From positions 928,001-992,000 of the forward strand of contig CAVVXN010000005.1 of assembly GCA_963752285.1 (NCBI GenBank): a DNA stretch of 64,000 bases. Reading direction: 5' to 3'. Shown piece after piece: positions 48,012 to 57,458 of the stretch (position 1 is the first letter of the stretch; each line of letters begins with the position of its first letter). The DNA comes from an uncultured Planctomycetota bacterium (lineage in GTDB: Bacteria > Planctomycetota > PLA2 > JAEUHO01). The position numbers and the translations under genes are program-made. The notes beneath the pieces were generated by a model, which ran no database searches, was not told where the DNA came from, and worked only from the letters and a program-made list of their open reading frames with translations.

Positions 48012-49487
48012 ATGACCCAGGTGGACCTCGGCGCCCGCATCCCCAACAACGTGGGCTTGAAGGACGACCGCCGACTCCAGCGCGCGCTGGAGGCCTGGCA
48101 GCCGGGCTTCCTCTCGTGGTGGAAGGAGATGGGCCCCGAGGGGTTCCAGGCCGACCAGGTCTACCTCCGCACGGCGATCGACGTGGGCCGCGACGGCTGG
48201 GCCCACTTCGGGTACGTGAAGATGCCCGAGTACCGCTGGGGCATCTTCCTCGCCGACGCCGTGGAGGACCGGCGGATCCCGTGCGGCGACCTCTCCGGCC
48301 AGCCGGCGTGGCAGCAGGTGCCCGGCGAGCACCGGAACGCGCTCCGCCGGATCATCGTCACACAGGGCGACACGGAGCCCGCCAGCGTGGAGCAGCAGCG
48401 GCTGCTCGGCCGGACCGCGCCCAGCCTGTACGACCTGCGGAACCTGTTCCAGGTGAACGTCGAGGAAGGGCGCCACCTGTGGGCCATGGTCTACCTCCTC
48501 CACACGTACTTCGGCCGCGACGGACGCGAGGAGGCGGAGGACATGCTGCGCCGTCGCTCGGGCGACGCCGACTCGCCGCGCATCCTCGGGACGTTCAACG
48601 AGCCGATCGAGGACTGGCTCTCCTTCTTCATGTTCACGACGTTCACCGACCGCGACGGCAAGTGGCAGCTCCTCGCGCTGGCCGAGTCGGGGTTCGACGC
48701 CCTCTCCCGGACGACGCGCTTCATGCTCACGGAGGAGGCGCACCACATGTTCGTCGGCGAGACCGGCGTCGGGCGCGTGCTCCAGCGCACGGTAGACGTC
48801 ATGAACGAGCTCGGAACGGACGAGCCGGACCGCGTCCGCGCGCACGGCGCCGTGGACCTCCCGACGATCCAGCGGTACCTGAACCGCTGGTTCTCGTCGT
48901 CCGTGGACCTCTTCGGCGGCGAGCGCTCGTCGAACGCGGCGTCGTACTTCGCCGCGGGGCTGAAGGGGCGCTGGAAGGAGGAGACGCGCTTCGAGGACCA
49001 CCGGGCACTCGAGGGCGCGTACGCGTTGCCGGTGCTCGCGAGCGGCCGGATCACCAACGAGGAGGTCCCGCTCCGAAACGCCATGAACGAGATCCTGCGG
49101 GACGACTACGTGGACGACTGCGGCTTCGTCGTCGGTCGCTGGAACAAGGTCCTCGAGCGGGCGGGCCGGAGCGAGCGACTGACGCTCCCGAGCCGGCGCT
49201 TCCACCGGCTGGTGGGCATCTACGCCGGCGAGACGTTCGATCCCGAAGGGAACCCGGTCACGCCCGAGGCCTTCGCGGCGGGCCGGGACCGATGGCTCCC
49301 GAGCGACGCGGACCGCGCGTTCGTGCGCGGGCTCATGACGCCGGTCCTCGAGGCGGGGCACATCGCCTCCTGGATCGCCCCACCGCCGAAGGGCATCGAC
49401 GGCCACCCGTTCGAGTGGGCGTACGTGCGGTTCGACCGGTCGAGCGCCGGCGTCGCGCTCGGGGCCACCCCTTCGCCGACCTCCTGA
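48012..49487 (+). CDS. boxB: Benzoyl-CoA 2,3-epoxidase oxygenase subunit (diiron)
   Basis: IPNNVGL, YVKMPEYRWGIFL, QGDTEPASVEQQ, NVEEGRHLWAM, TEEAHHMFVGE. Confidence 0.97.
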   Translation: MTQVDLGARIPNNVGLKDDRRLQRALEAWQPGFLSWWKEMGPEGFQADQVYLRTAIDVGRDGWAHFGYVKMPEYRWGIFLADAVEDRRIPCGDLSGQPAWQQVPGEHRNALRRIIVTQGDTEPASVEQQRLLGRTAPSLYDLRNLFQVNVEEGRHLWAMVYLLHTYFGRDGREEAEDMLRRRSGDADSPRILGTFNEPIEDWLSFFMFTTFTDRDGKWQLLALAESGFDALSRTTRFMLTEEAHHMFVGETGVGRVLQRTVDVMNELGTDEPDRVRAHGAVDLPTIQRYLNRWFSSSVDLFGGERSSNAASYFAAGLKGRWKEETRFEDHRALEGAYALPVLASGRITNEEVPLRNAMNEILRDDYVDDCGFVVGRWNKVLERAGRSERLTLPSRRFHRLVGIYAGETFDPEGNPVTPEAFAAGRDRWLPSDADRAFVRGLMTPVLEAGHIASWIAPPPKGIDGHPFEWAYVRFDRSSAGVALGATPSPTS

Positions 49488-49524
49488 CGCACGCGCGCCC
49501 GCGCCGCGGGATGCCGTCCCTCGA

Positions 49525-49893
49525 TCAGGACGTCGGCCGTCCGGTCGCGTCCACGCCGGGCCTCGTCGAGGGGCAGTGCCCGCGCAGCCACTCGAAGGTG
49601 TAGATGCCCGTCGCGTGGCCGTCCGAGAGCTCGAACCGGAGCGCGTACGCCCCCACCGCGCTCGCGCCGCGGACCTGGACGCCCTCCACCTGCGACCACG
49701 CCGGCGGCTCCACCTCGCCCGGGGCGTGGCCGCGGCATCCCGCGCACGGGCAGACGAGCCTCAGGTACGCGCCGTCGTAGCGGCTCACGTGCCCGTCCTG
49801 CCACCGGATCTCGAGGAGGCTCCGCGCCGGGTCGAGCCGGATCGCGGTGGGCTGGCTCGCGGCCGCGTCGCGCTTCGGCTCGCTCGCATCCAT
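49525..49893 (-). CDS. DUF971 (GBBH-like N-terminal) domain protein
   Basis: W.DGH.S.Y....LR..CPCAGC, VGAYAL...SDGH.TGIYT..WLR. Confidence 0.9.
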   Translation of the reverse strand: MDASEPKRDAAASQPTAIRLDPARSLLEIRWQDGHVSRYDGAYLRLVCPCAGCRGHAPGEVEPPAWSQVEGVQVRGASAVGAYALRFELSDGHATGIYTFEWLRGHCPSTRPGVDATGRPTS

Positions 49894-49936
49894 GCTCGGC
49901 TCCGGACGGGGCGGGCGATCAGAGTACCTTCCTCCG

Positions 49937-51424
49937 GTGGCGCCCCCTCCCATCGTCCCCGTGCCGCTGCCCGAGGCGCGCTGGCCGTCCCGGGACGAGG
50001 CGCGCGCGTCGCGCCTGTACTCGCCGGTGCGGCTGGGCCCTCTGCCCGTCGCGACGCGCACGTGGGTTCCCGCGATGGTCCCGTGGCGCGCAACGGAAGA
50101 GGGGTACGTCACCGAGCGAAACCTCGCGTGGTACGAACGGTTCGCCGCGGGCCGCCCCGGCGTGTTGGTCGCGGAGGCCACCGGCATCCGCGACGTCGCG
50201 AGCGGTCCCCTGCTCCGGGTGAGCCACGATCGCTTCCTCCCGGGCCTCCGCGACCTGGTCGGGGTCGTGCGCCGGGCGAGCGCCGGCGAGACACGGTTCC
50301 TGCTCCAGGTCATCGACTTCCTCCAGGTCCGCCGGCGGCCCCCGCCGGAGCGGTTCTTCGGGCGGTACCTGCGGGTGACCGACGCCCACCGGGGACGGAT
50401 CGCGGAGCGGACCGCCGACGAGGCCTGGCGCGACGCCCCCGAGGACGCGGTCCGCGCCTGGCTGCTCGCCGCGGCGGACCCGGAGCGCGATGCGGTCCTC
50501 ACGCCCCGCGAGCGGGAGTCGCTCCGCTTCGGGTACCGCGAGCGCGTGACCGACGTGGACCTCGCCCACGTCCGCGATCTCCCCCGTACGCTCCCGGGAC
50601 GCTTCGCGGACGCCGCGGAGCGCGCGCTCTCGGCCGGCTTCGACGGCGTCGAGCTCCACTTCGCACACGCGTACACCATGGCCTCGTTCCTGAGCCGCAC
50701 GAACACGAGGCGCGACGGGTACGGAACCGACCGCGCGGGGCGCGTCCGACTGGCGCTCGAGGTGATCGCCGCGGTCCGCGCGCGCGTGGGACCGGGCGCG
50801 TGCGTGGGGACGCGATTCCTCGGCGACGACGTGGTCGAGGGCGGATCGCGCATCGACGACGCGTGCGCGTTCGCCGTGCGCTTCGCCGACGCGGGCCTCG
50901 ACTTCCTCTCCGTCTCGAAGGGCGGGCGCTTCGAGGACGCCAAGCAGCCGCGCGTCGGCGAGGCGGTCTACCCGTACACGGGCCCGAGCGGCGCGGAGTG
51001 CATGCCCACCGTCCGCATCGACGCGCGCGGTCCCTTCGGACGAAACGTGCACCTCGCGTCGCGCATCCGCGAGGCCGTGCGCCAGGCCGGGTTCTCGACG
51101 CCCGTCGTCGCGGCGGGCGGCGTCGCGACCTTCCGGCAGGCGGAGGCGATCCTCCGCGACGGCCACGCGGACCTCGTCGCGGCCGCGCGGCAGTCGCTCG
51201 CCGACCCCGACTGGTGGCTGAAGGTGCGCGAGGGGCGGGGCGACGAGGTCCGCCGGTGCGTGTTCACGAACTACTGCGAGGGCCTCGACCAACGGCACCG
51301 CGAGGTGACCTGCAAGCTCTGGGACAAGGTCTTCCTCCCCGGCGAGGAGGAGGTCCCGCGCGCCGCGGACGGTCGCCGACGGCTGCTCCCGCCGCCCTGG
51401 CCGCGTCAGCGCGGCCAGATGTAG
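49937..51424 (+). CDS. NADH:flavin oxidoreductase / old yellow enzyme family
   Basis: PAMVPWRA, GFDGVELHFAHAY..SFLS..N.R.DGYG, G.ADLV..ARQ.LADPDW. Confidence 0.88.
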   Translation: MAPPPIVPVPLPEARWPSRDEARASRLYSPVRLGPLPVATRTWVPAMVPWRATEEGYVTERNLAWYERFAAGRPGVLVAEATGIRDVASGPLLRVSHDRFLPGLRDLVGVVRRASAGETRFLLQVIDFLQVRRRPPPERFFGRYLRVTDAHRGRIAERTADEAWRDAPEDAVRAWLLAAADPERDAVLTPRERESLRFGYRERVTDVDLAHVRDLPRTLPGRFADAAERALSAGFDGVELHFAHAYTMASFLSRTNTRRDGYGTDRAGRVRLALEVIAAVRARVGPGACVGTRFLGDDVVEGGSRIDDACAFAVRFADAGLDFLSVSKGGRFEDAKQPRVGEAVYPYTGPSGAECMPTVRIDARGPFGRNVHLASRIREAVRQAGFSTPVVAAGGVATFRQAEAILRDGHADLVAAARQSLADPDWWLKVREGRGDEVRRCVFTNYCEGLDQRHREVTCKLWDKVFLPGEEEVPRAADGRRRLLPPPWPRQRGQM

Positions 51425-53094
51425 ACGGGCGCGGCCGTGAGCGGGAGGGAGAGGATCCCGTCCGGCGCCTCGCGGGGGGTCACGACGGGCGCTTCCGCGC
51501 TCGTCTGGACCGGCTCGGTCGCGTACGTGCCCGGCGGGACGTGGACGACGACGTCCACCGGCGGGAGCGCGCGGACCGGGTCGCCCGCCCACGTCGCGCG
51601 GTCCGGGTCGAGGAACACGAGCCCGACCCACGCGGGGTGGTCGGGGCCGCCGGGCGTGACGCGGACGGCCTCGGCGTCGCCCGACGCCTCGAGGCGCGCG
51701 GGGTCGCCCGCCACCCCGAGCCGCGCCCGCGCCTGCGCGAGCGCGTAGAAGGGCGCGCGCGGCGTCCCGTCCCCGTGCACGAACACGGCGAGCGTCTCCG
51801 TGTCGTCCCGACCGCCCTCGACGGCCGCGCCGAGCACGACGCGGTCGGCGCCGGCGAGGCGCGCCGTCACGAGCGCGCGGGCCACGTCGTAGGCCCGCCC
51901 GCGCCCGAGCCAACGGCGCGCGGCGTCGTGGTCGGCGTGCCCCGCCTGGCGGGCGGTCGCGAGCCAGCGCGCGCGGCGGCGGGTCTCGTCGGGACCGGGG
52001 CCGGAGAGGACGGAGCCCGGCGGAGGTCCCTCCACCAGCGCAGCGGGGGTCGGCGCGAGCCAGAGCTCGGTCTCTTCCCGGCCACCGAGGTCGAGGAACG
52101 AGCGCACGGCCGCGAGGTCCAGGGCGAGCTCCGCGAGACGGCGCGGGGCGCGGACCTGGACGACGTCGTACACGTGCGACAGGACGAGGCTCTCGAGCGA
52201 GAACGAGAGGCGGCGCGCCGCGAGGAACCGCGTCGGCGCGGGCTGGTCGGCGACGCTTTGGCGCGCCTCCGCGAGGAACGCGTCCACCTCGCGCGCGGGG
52301 ATCCGGCCCAGGCCGCCGAGGTCCACCCCGCCGTGCACGACCCGGGCGCCCGTCCACGCGCGGCGTGCGCCGATCTCCGCGTGGTGGAGCAGCCGTACGT
52401 AGTCGGCCATCTCTCCGGTGAAGCGCGCGGGCGACGTCGGTCCGTCGAGGACGGCGTACCAGCGGACGGGGCCCGCGAGCCCCTCCAGGTCGTCCTGGCC
52501 GTCGTCGTCGTAGCGCTCGACGACCGCCGCGACGAAGTCCTCCCACGCCTGCCAGAGCCCGGGCGAGGGGGGGCGGGGTCCCGAGCCGTCGGACACCGCG
52601 GGCCCGGCGTCCGACGCGCCGAGGGCGTCCACGGCCGCGTGCGCGAACGGCGAGAGCGGGTCGTCGGGGGGGTCCCACGGCCGCGCGCAGTCGAGGACGA
52701 GGACGAGCTCGAGCCCCGCCCGCTGGGCCCGAAGGACCGCCGAATCCAGGTCCGACCAGTCGTGCAGCTGGGTGCCGTTCGCGAACGGCCGTCGGGGCAC
52801 GAGGCGTCCCCACGAGACCGGGCGGGTCCGCGCGAGGAGCGGCCCGACCCCTCGGAAGGGGGCGAGGCGCGTCTCCAGGTCGGGCGCGTCCACCTGGACG
52901 TCGTCCACGCCGAACCAGGGCCCGCCCTCGACCCGGCCGGGACGCGGCGGCCGCTCCTCCCCGCCCGCCCGGCTCGTCCCCGGAGCCGCGACGCCGAGGA
53001 GCAGGACCGCGAAGAGGACGCCGGCGCCCCGGGGCGCCCCCCCACGCCCGACGCGGGGGGCGGACGGGCGGGAAGGGGCGGCGCGCCGAGGCAT
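51406..53094 (-). CDS. Secreted glycoside-hydrolase clan A-like TIM-barrel protein, catalytic residues apparently absent
   Basis: VSWG.L.P, DWSDLD..V..AQ.AGL, W.DFV.AVVERYD.DG.DD, PRAPFYAL. Confidence 0.6.
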   Translation of the reverse strand: MPRRAAPSRPSAPRVGRGGAPRGAGVLFAVLLLGVAAPGTSRAGGEERPPRPGRVEGGPWFGVDDVQVDAPDLETRLAPFRGVGPLLARTRPVSWGRLVPRRPFANGTQLHDWSDLDSAVLRAQRAGLELVLVLDCARPWDPPDDPLSPFAHAAVDALGASDAGPAVSDGSGPRPPSPGLWQAWEDFVAAVVERYDDDGQDDLEGLAGPVRWYAVLDGPTSPARFTGEMADYVRLLHHAEIGARRAWTGARVVHGGVDLGGLGRIPAREVDAFLAEARQSVADQPAPTRFLAARRLSFSLESLVLSHVYDVVQVRAPRRLAELALDLAAVRSFLDLGGREETELWLAPTPAALVEGPPPGSVLSGPGPDETRRRARWLATARQAGHADHDAARRWLGRGRAYDVARALVTARLAGADRVVLGAAVEGGRDDTETLAVFVHGDGTPRAPFYALAQARARLGVAGDPARLEASGDAEAVRVTPGGPDHPAWVGLVFLDPDRATWAGDPVRALPPVDVVVHVPPGTYATEPVQTSAEAPVVTPREAPDGILSLPLTAAPVYIWPR

Positions 53095-53144
53095 GGTCTC
53101 GGATCGTACCCGCCCGCGACCCGCCTTCGCGTATGCTCGCCGCC

Positions 53145-54359
53145 GTGACGGGAAGCCGGCGACGAGGGTTCCGCGGCGTCCTCGGGTCGGAATCCCTCCG
53201 GATCTACGGGGACAACGCGCTTCGCCTCGCGGCGCTCCTCCTGCTCGTGGGGCCACGGCACACCGAGGCGGCCCAGCAGCAGGCGACGACCGGCGCGACG
53301 CTCGCGTACGCGGTGCCCTGGATCCTGCTCTCGGTCTTCGCGGGTCTCCTCGCCGACCGCTGGAGCAAGGGCGACGTGTTGCGGGGCCTCAAGCTCGCGG
53401 AGGCGGGCGTCATGGTCCTGGCCGCCGTGGCGCTCCAGTTCGCGGAGCCCGTCGCCCTGTACGCGGTGGTGACCCTGGTGGGGACGACCAGCGCGCTCGC
53501 GAGCCCCGCCAAGTTCGGCGCGCTCCCCGAGCTCCTGCCGCCCGAGGCGCTCGCGCGCGGGAACGGGGTCCTCCTCCTCTTCACCTACGTCGCGATGATC
53601 CTCGGAACGGCGTCGGGCGGGGTCTTCCTCGACGTCTTCGAGGGCCGACGCTGGGTGATCGGCGCGCTCCTCGCGCTGCTCGCCCTGGTCGGCTGGCGCT
53701 TCGCGCGGAGCATCCCGCTCGTTCCCGCGGCCGGCGTGGAGGGCGGCTTCGGCGAGACCGTGCGCGCCGGCCTCGGCGCGATCCGGCACAACGCGCGGCT
53801 CCGTCTCGGGCTCCTCGGGAACGTCTGGTACTGGGCGCTCGCGACGCTCGTCCTCCAGGACCTGATCGTGTACGCGAAGAGCGCGCTGGACCTCGGCTCG
53901 AACGGCGTCACGAGCGGGCTCGTCGCCGTCCTCGCGCTGGGCGTGGGCGCGGGCGGTCTCCTCGCGGGTCTCGCGAGCCGGGGACGGACGCGCCTCGGCC
54001 AGATCCCGCTGGGCGGGCTCGTCATGACGGCGGCCTCGCTCGGCCTCGGTCTGGTCCACCCGGCGCTCGGGTCCTCCCTCCTCCTCCTCGTGGTCCTCGG
54101 CCTCGGCGCCGGCGTCTTCTCGGTCCCGATCGCCGCCCTGATCCAGGCCGAAGCCCCCGCCGCCGCGCGCGGCGCGGTGCTCGCCATGATGAACCTGATC
54201 ATCTTCGCCGGCATCGGCCTCGGGAGCGTCGCCGCCTGGGGCCTCGCCGAGTCGGGGCTCGCGAGCACCGACATCTTCCTCGTGACGGCGGCCGTGACCG
54301 GCCTCGGCTCGGCGTTCGCGGCGCTGCGCGGTCCCCGGCTCCTCCGGCGGGTCCTCTGA
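53145..54359 (+). CDS. MFS transporter (LplT/Aas-type lysophospholipid transporter-like); alternative ATG at 53133
   Basis: GDNALR, AG.LADRWSK, KLAE, SPAKFG.LPEL, L..GNG; about 12 TM helices. Confidence 0.85.
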   Translation: MTGSRRRGFRGVLGSESLRIYGDNALRLAALLLLVGPRHTEAAQQQATTGATLAYAVPWILLSVFAGLLADRWSKGDVLRGLKLAEAGVMVLAAVALQFAEPVALYAVVTLVGTTSALASPAKFGALPELLPPEALARGNGVLLLFTYVAMILGTASGGVFLDVFEGRRWVIGALLALLALVGWRFARSIPLVPAAGVEGGFGETVRAGLGAIRHNARLRLGLLGNVWYWALATLVLQDLIVYAKSALDLGSNGVTSGLVAVLALGVGAGGLLAGLASRGRTRLGQIPLGGLVMTAASLGLGLVHPALGSSLLLLVVLGLGAGVFSVPIAALIQAEAPAAARGAVLAMMNLIIFAGIGLGSVAAWGLAESGLASTDIFLVTAAVTGLGSAFAALRGPRLLRRVL

Positions 54360-54407
54360 TGCCCCCGGGTGGCGCGGACCGTCCCCCCGGTCGGAGAAGA
54401 TCGAGGC

Positions 54408-55436
54408 ATGACCCGCGACCCGCGCGCCTTCCTGGTCCTCCCCGTCGCGCATCCGAAGGGCTGCCGGTCCTACGTGGTGATCGACCCTCCGAGTCGCGAG
54501 GCGGCGGTCGTGGACCCGCTGCTCGACCGCGTGTCCGAGGTGCAGCGCCTGCTCTCGGAGCACGGCGCGACGCTCCGGTGGATCGTGGACACGCACAGCC
54601 ACGCGGACCACCTCTCCGGCGCCGCGGCCCTCGCCGAACGAACCGGCGCCGAGATCGTGATGCACCCCGACGCGCCCTCCGAGATCGCGACCGTCCGGCC
54701 GGTGGACGGCGCGAGCCTCCCGTTGGGCGAGCGAGCCCTCCTCGTGCACCACGCGCCCGGGAACACGCCGGACGGCCTCGTGGTGGAGGCGCCGGGCGCG
54801 TTCTTCACGGGCGATGTCCTCCTGATCGGAACGGTCGGCCTGCGCGACGCCCCCGGCGCGGACGCGGAGGCGTGGTTCGCTACGCTCGGCCGCCTCTTCC
54901 GCGGCCGGGACGAGACCACGGTGATCCACCCCGGCCACGACGACATGGGCCGCACGCAGAGCACGCTCAAGCACGAGCGCACGGGCAACGCGTGGCTCCG
55001 CGCCGACGACATGGACGCGTTCCGCGAGCGGTACCGCGCGGACGACCGCCCCCCGCACCCGGAGGCCGCCGAGCGCCTCGAGGCGAACCGACGCGGGCTC
55101 ACGAAGCTCCCCCGCGACCTCGACGCGGCGGCCGGATTCGTGGACCCGGCGCACGCCACCGAGGCGGCGCTGAGGCGGGCGGCCCCGTGGGCGCCGCCCG
55201 CGCCCCGGCCCGCCCGCGCGTCGGGCGTGGCCGAGGGCGTCTACCTCGTCGCCGGAGGCGTCGTCGTCTCCGCGACGCTCCTCGGCTGGCTCGTCCACCC
55301 GCTCTTCCACGGGCTCTCCGCCGCGGCGGGCATCGCGCTCGTGGCCCTCGCGCTCGCCCGTCCGTCGGGACGCCGCCGCCGGGGCGACGATCCCGGGCTC
55401 TACTACGAGGGTCCGGCCAAGAAGACCCTCGGGTAG
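54408..55436 (+). CDS. ETHE1/persulfide-dioxygenase-like MBL-fold protein with C-terminal DUF2892-like TM hairpin
   Basis: GCRSY, AAVVDP, DTHSHADHLSG, FTGD.LLIG, IHPGHD, ANRRG; C-terminal AGGVVV..LLGWLVHP. Confidence 0.8.
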   Translation: MTRDPRAFLVLPVAHPKGCRSYVVIDPPSREAAVVDPLLDRVSEVQRLLSEHGATLRWIVDTHSHADHLSGAAALAERTGAEIVMHPDAPSEIATVRPVDGASLPLGERALLVHHAPGNTPDGLVVEAPGAFFTGDVLLIGTVGLRDAPGADAEAWFATLGRLFRGRDETTVIHPGHDDMGRTQSTLKHERTGNAWLRADDMDAFRERYRADDRPPHPEAAERLEANRRGLTKLPRDLDAAAGFVDPAHATEAALRRAAPWAPPAPRPARASGVAEGVYLVAGGVVVSATLLGWLVHPLFHGLSAAAGIALVALALARPSGRRRRGDDPGLYYEGPAKKTLG

Positions 55437-55525
55437 CCGTCTCGAACGCCGTGCTCGCCGCGCTTGCCCCACGTCGCGGGGGGCCTCGGCGGGGGTACGC
55501 TCGACGGACCACCGGAGTGCCCTCC

Positions 55526-56782
55526 ATGTCCGAAGCGAAGGACCGCCCCCTCGACGACGACCTCGAACGCGAGATCGAGGAGGCGCTCGGCGAGACCTCG
55601 CTGCTGGGCGTGGACCGGGCCCGGCGTCCGGCCCCGCCCCCGGCGCGGCCCCCGGGCGCCGACGCGAGCCGCGAGCCCGCGCCGCACGCCTTCGCCGACG
55701 CCACGGTCGCGGGCGTCGGGGCGGAGGACGTGTTCGTCGAGTTCGGACCGCGCGCCCAGGGCGTGGTGCCCGCCGAGCACTTCGCGACGCCCCCGACGAC
55801 CGGGGAGACGGTCCGCGTCTGGGTCGAGCGCTTCGACCCGAAGGAAGGCCTCTGGCTCTGCACGCTCAAGCGCGCGCTCCACGCCGCGGCCGGCTGGGAC
55901 ACCGTCGAGGTCGGCTCCGTGGTGAACGCGATCCCGCGCGCGGTGAACAAGGGCGGCCTCGACGTCCAGGTCGGCCACCTCACCGGATTCCTGCCCGCGT
56001 CGCACGCCGCCCTCGAGCGGATCGAGGACCTCTCGGTCCTCATCGGACAGTCGATGCCCGTCGAGGTGATCGAGTCCGACCCGGAGCGGCGGCGGCTCGT
56101 GGTCTCGCGCCGCGCGGTCCTCGCGCGCCAGCGCGACGAGCGCCGCGCCGAGGCGGTGGAGCTGTTGAGCGAGGGCCAGGTCGTCCACGGCCACGTGACG
56201 CGCGTCGAGAGATACGGCGCGTTCGTGGACGTCGGTGGCGTCGAGGGCCTCGTCCACGTGAGCCAGATGTCGTGGGTGCGCGTGGAGGACCCCACGACGG
56301 TCGTGAAGCCCGGCGACGAGGTGGACGTGCAGGTGCTCGGCGTCGAGGAGGAGGGGAAACGCATCCGCCTCGGCATGAAGCAGCTCCTCGAGGACCCGTG
56401 GATGCGCTTCACGGCCGAGCACCCGCCCGGCTCGGTCGTACCGGGCACCGTGACGCGCCTCCAGAGCTACGGCGCCTTCGTGCGCGTCGCCGAGGGCATC
56501 GAGGGCCTCGCGCACGTGAGTCAGCTCTCGCCCTCGCCCGTGGGGTCGCCCCGCGAGGTGGTGCGCATCGGTCAGGAGGTCTCCGTGCGCGTGGTGGACG
56601 TGGACGTCGAGCGGCGACGCATCGGGCTCTCCCTGCTGACGGAGCGCGGCGACCGCCTGACGGACGACGTCGCCGACACGGCCACGATCCGCGAGGTGCT
56701 CGACCGCGCGCGCTCGTCCGAGCCCGAGCCGACGCTCGGCGACATCCTGAAGAAGGCGCTGGGCGGTCGTGGCGGATCGTGA
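55526..56782 (+). CDS. Second S1-like protein (four S1 domains)
   Basis: NKGGLDV, GFLPASH, YGAFVDVGGVEGLVHVSQMSW, YGAFVRV.EGIEGLAHVSQ, TLGDILKKAL. Confidence 0.9.
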   Translation: MSEAKDRPLDDDLEREIEEALGETSLLGVDRARRPAPPPARPPGADASREPAPHAFADATVAGVGAEDVFVEFGPRAQGVVPAEHFATPPTTGETVRVWVERFDPKEGLWLCTLKRALHAAAGWDTVEVGSVVNAIPRAVNKGGLDVQVGHLTGFLPASHAALERIEDLSVLIGQSMPVEVIESDPERRRLVVSRRAVLARQRDERRAEAVELLSEGQVVHGHVTRVERYGAFVDVGGVEGLVHVSQMSWVRVEDPTTVVKPGDEVDVQVLGVEEEGKRIRLGMKQLLEDPWMRFTAEHPPGSVVPGTVTRLQSYGAFVRVAEGIEGLAHVSQLSPSPVGSPREVVRIGQEVSVRVVDVDVERRRIGLSLLTERGDRLTDDVADTATIREVLDRARSSEPEPTLGDILKKALGGRGGS

Positions 56783-57443
56783 CGGCGCGGCGCCGTCCGG
56801 CGGCGCGCGGATCCTCGCGGGCGGCGACTTCCACCTCGGACCGCTGTGCCACGCGTTCGAGCGGTGCCTCGCAGGCGACGTGCTCCCGATCTTCCTCGGC
56901 GACCTCGTGAACCGCCCGCGCGAGGACGCGGGCGCCTTCCACGCGCTCGTCGCGCGGTGGGCCGAGGCGAACCCGGACCTCGTCGTGGTGCCGGGAAACC
57001 ACGATCCCGCCGACGCCGGCCCGTGGGAGGGCGTGCGGGTCCACGAGCGTCGCGGGCTCACGATTCTGGCCCTGCCGGTGATCCCGATCCTCTACAAGAT
57101 CCCCTCGTGGACCCACGAGCACTCCGAGGCGACGATCGCGCGGATGGTCGAGCCGTTCCGCGGGGGGACGTTCGACGTGGTCGCGTCGCACGCCCCGCCG
57201 TGGGGCGTCCTCGACCGCGTGCTCGGCGGGCGCCACGTGGGGAGCCGCGCGCTCCTCGACCTCGCCCACGAGATCGACTTCGGGATCTGGCTCTGCGGCC
57301 ACGCGCACGAGGGGTCGGGCCGCGAGAGCCGGATCGACGGACGCCCCGTGGTGAACGCGGCCCGCACGATCGTCGAGCGCACGGCGCCCGTGGTCGTCCG
57401 CCGACCCCGGGCGGAGCGGGCGAGCGCCCGCCCGCGGGAGTGA
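56769..57443 (+). CDS. Calcineurin-like metallophosphoesterase
   Basis: GDFH, GDLVN, PGNHD, SHAPP, CGHAHE. Confidence 0.85.
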   Translation: MADRDGAAPSGGARILAGGDFHLGPLCHAFERCLAGDVLPIFLGDLVNRPREDAGAFHALVARWAEANPDLVVVPGNHDPADAGPWEGVRVHERRGLTILALPVIPILYKIPSWTHEHSEATIARMVEPFRGGTFDVVASHAPPWGVLDRVLGGRHVGSRALLDLAHEIDFGIWLCGHAHEGSGRESRIDGRPVVNAARTIVERTAPVVVRRPRAERASARPRE

Positions 57444-57458
57444 GCCGCCACGGCCGGG

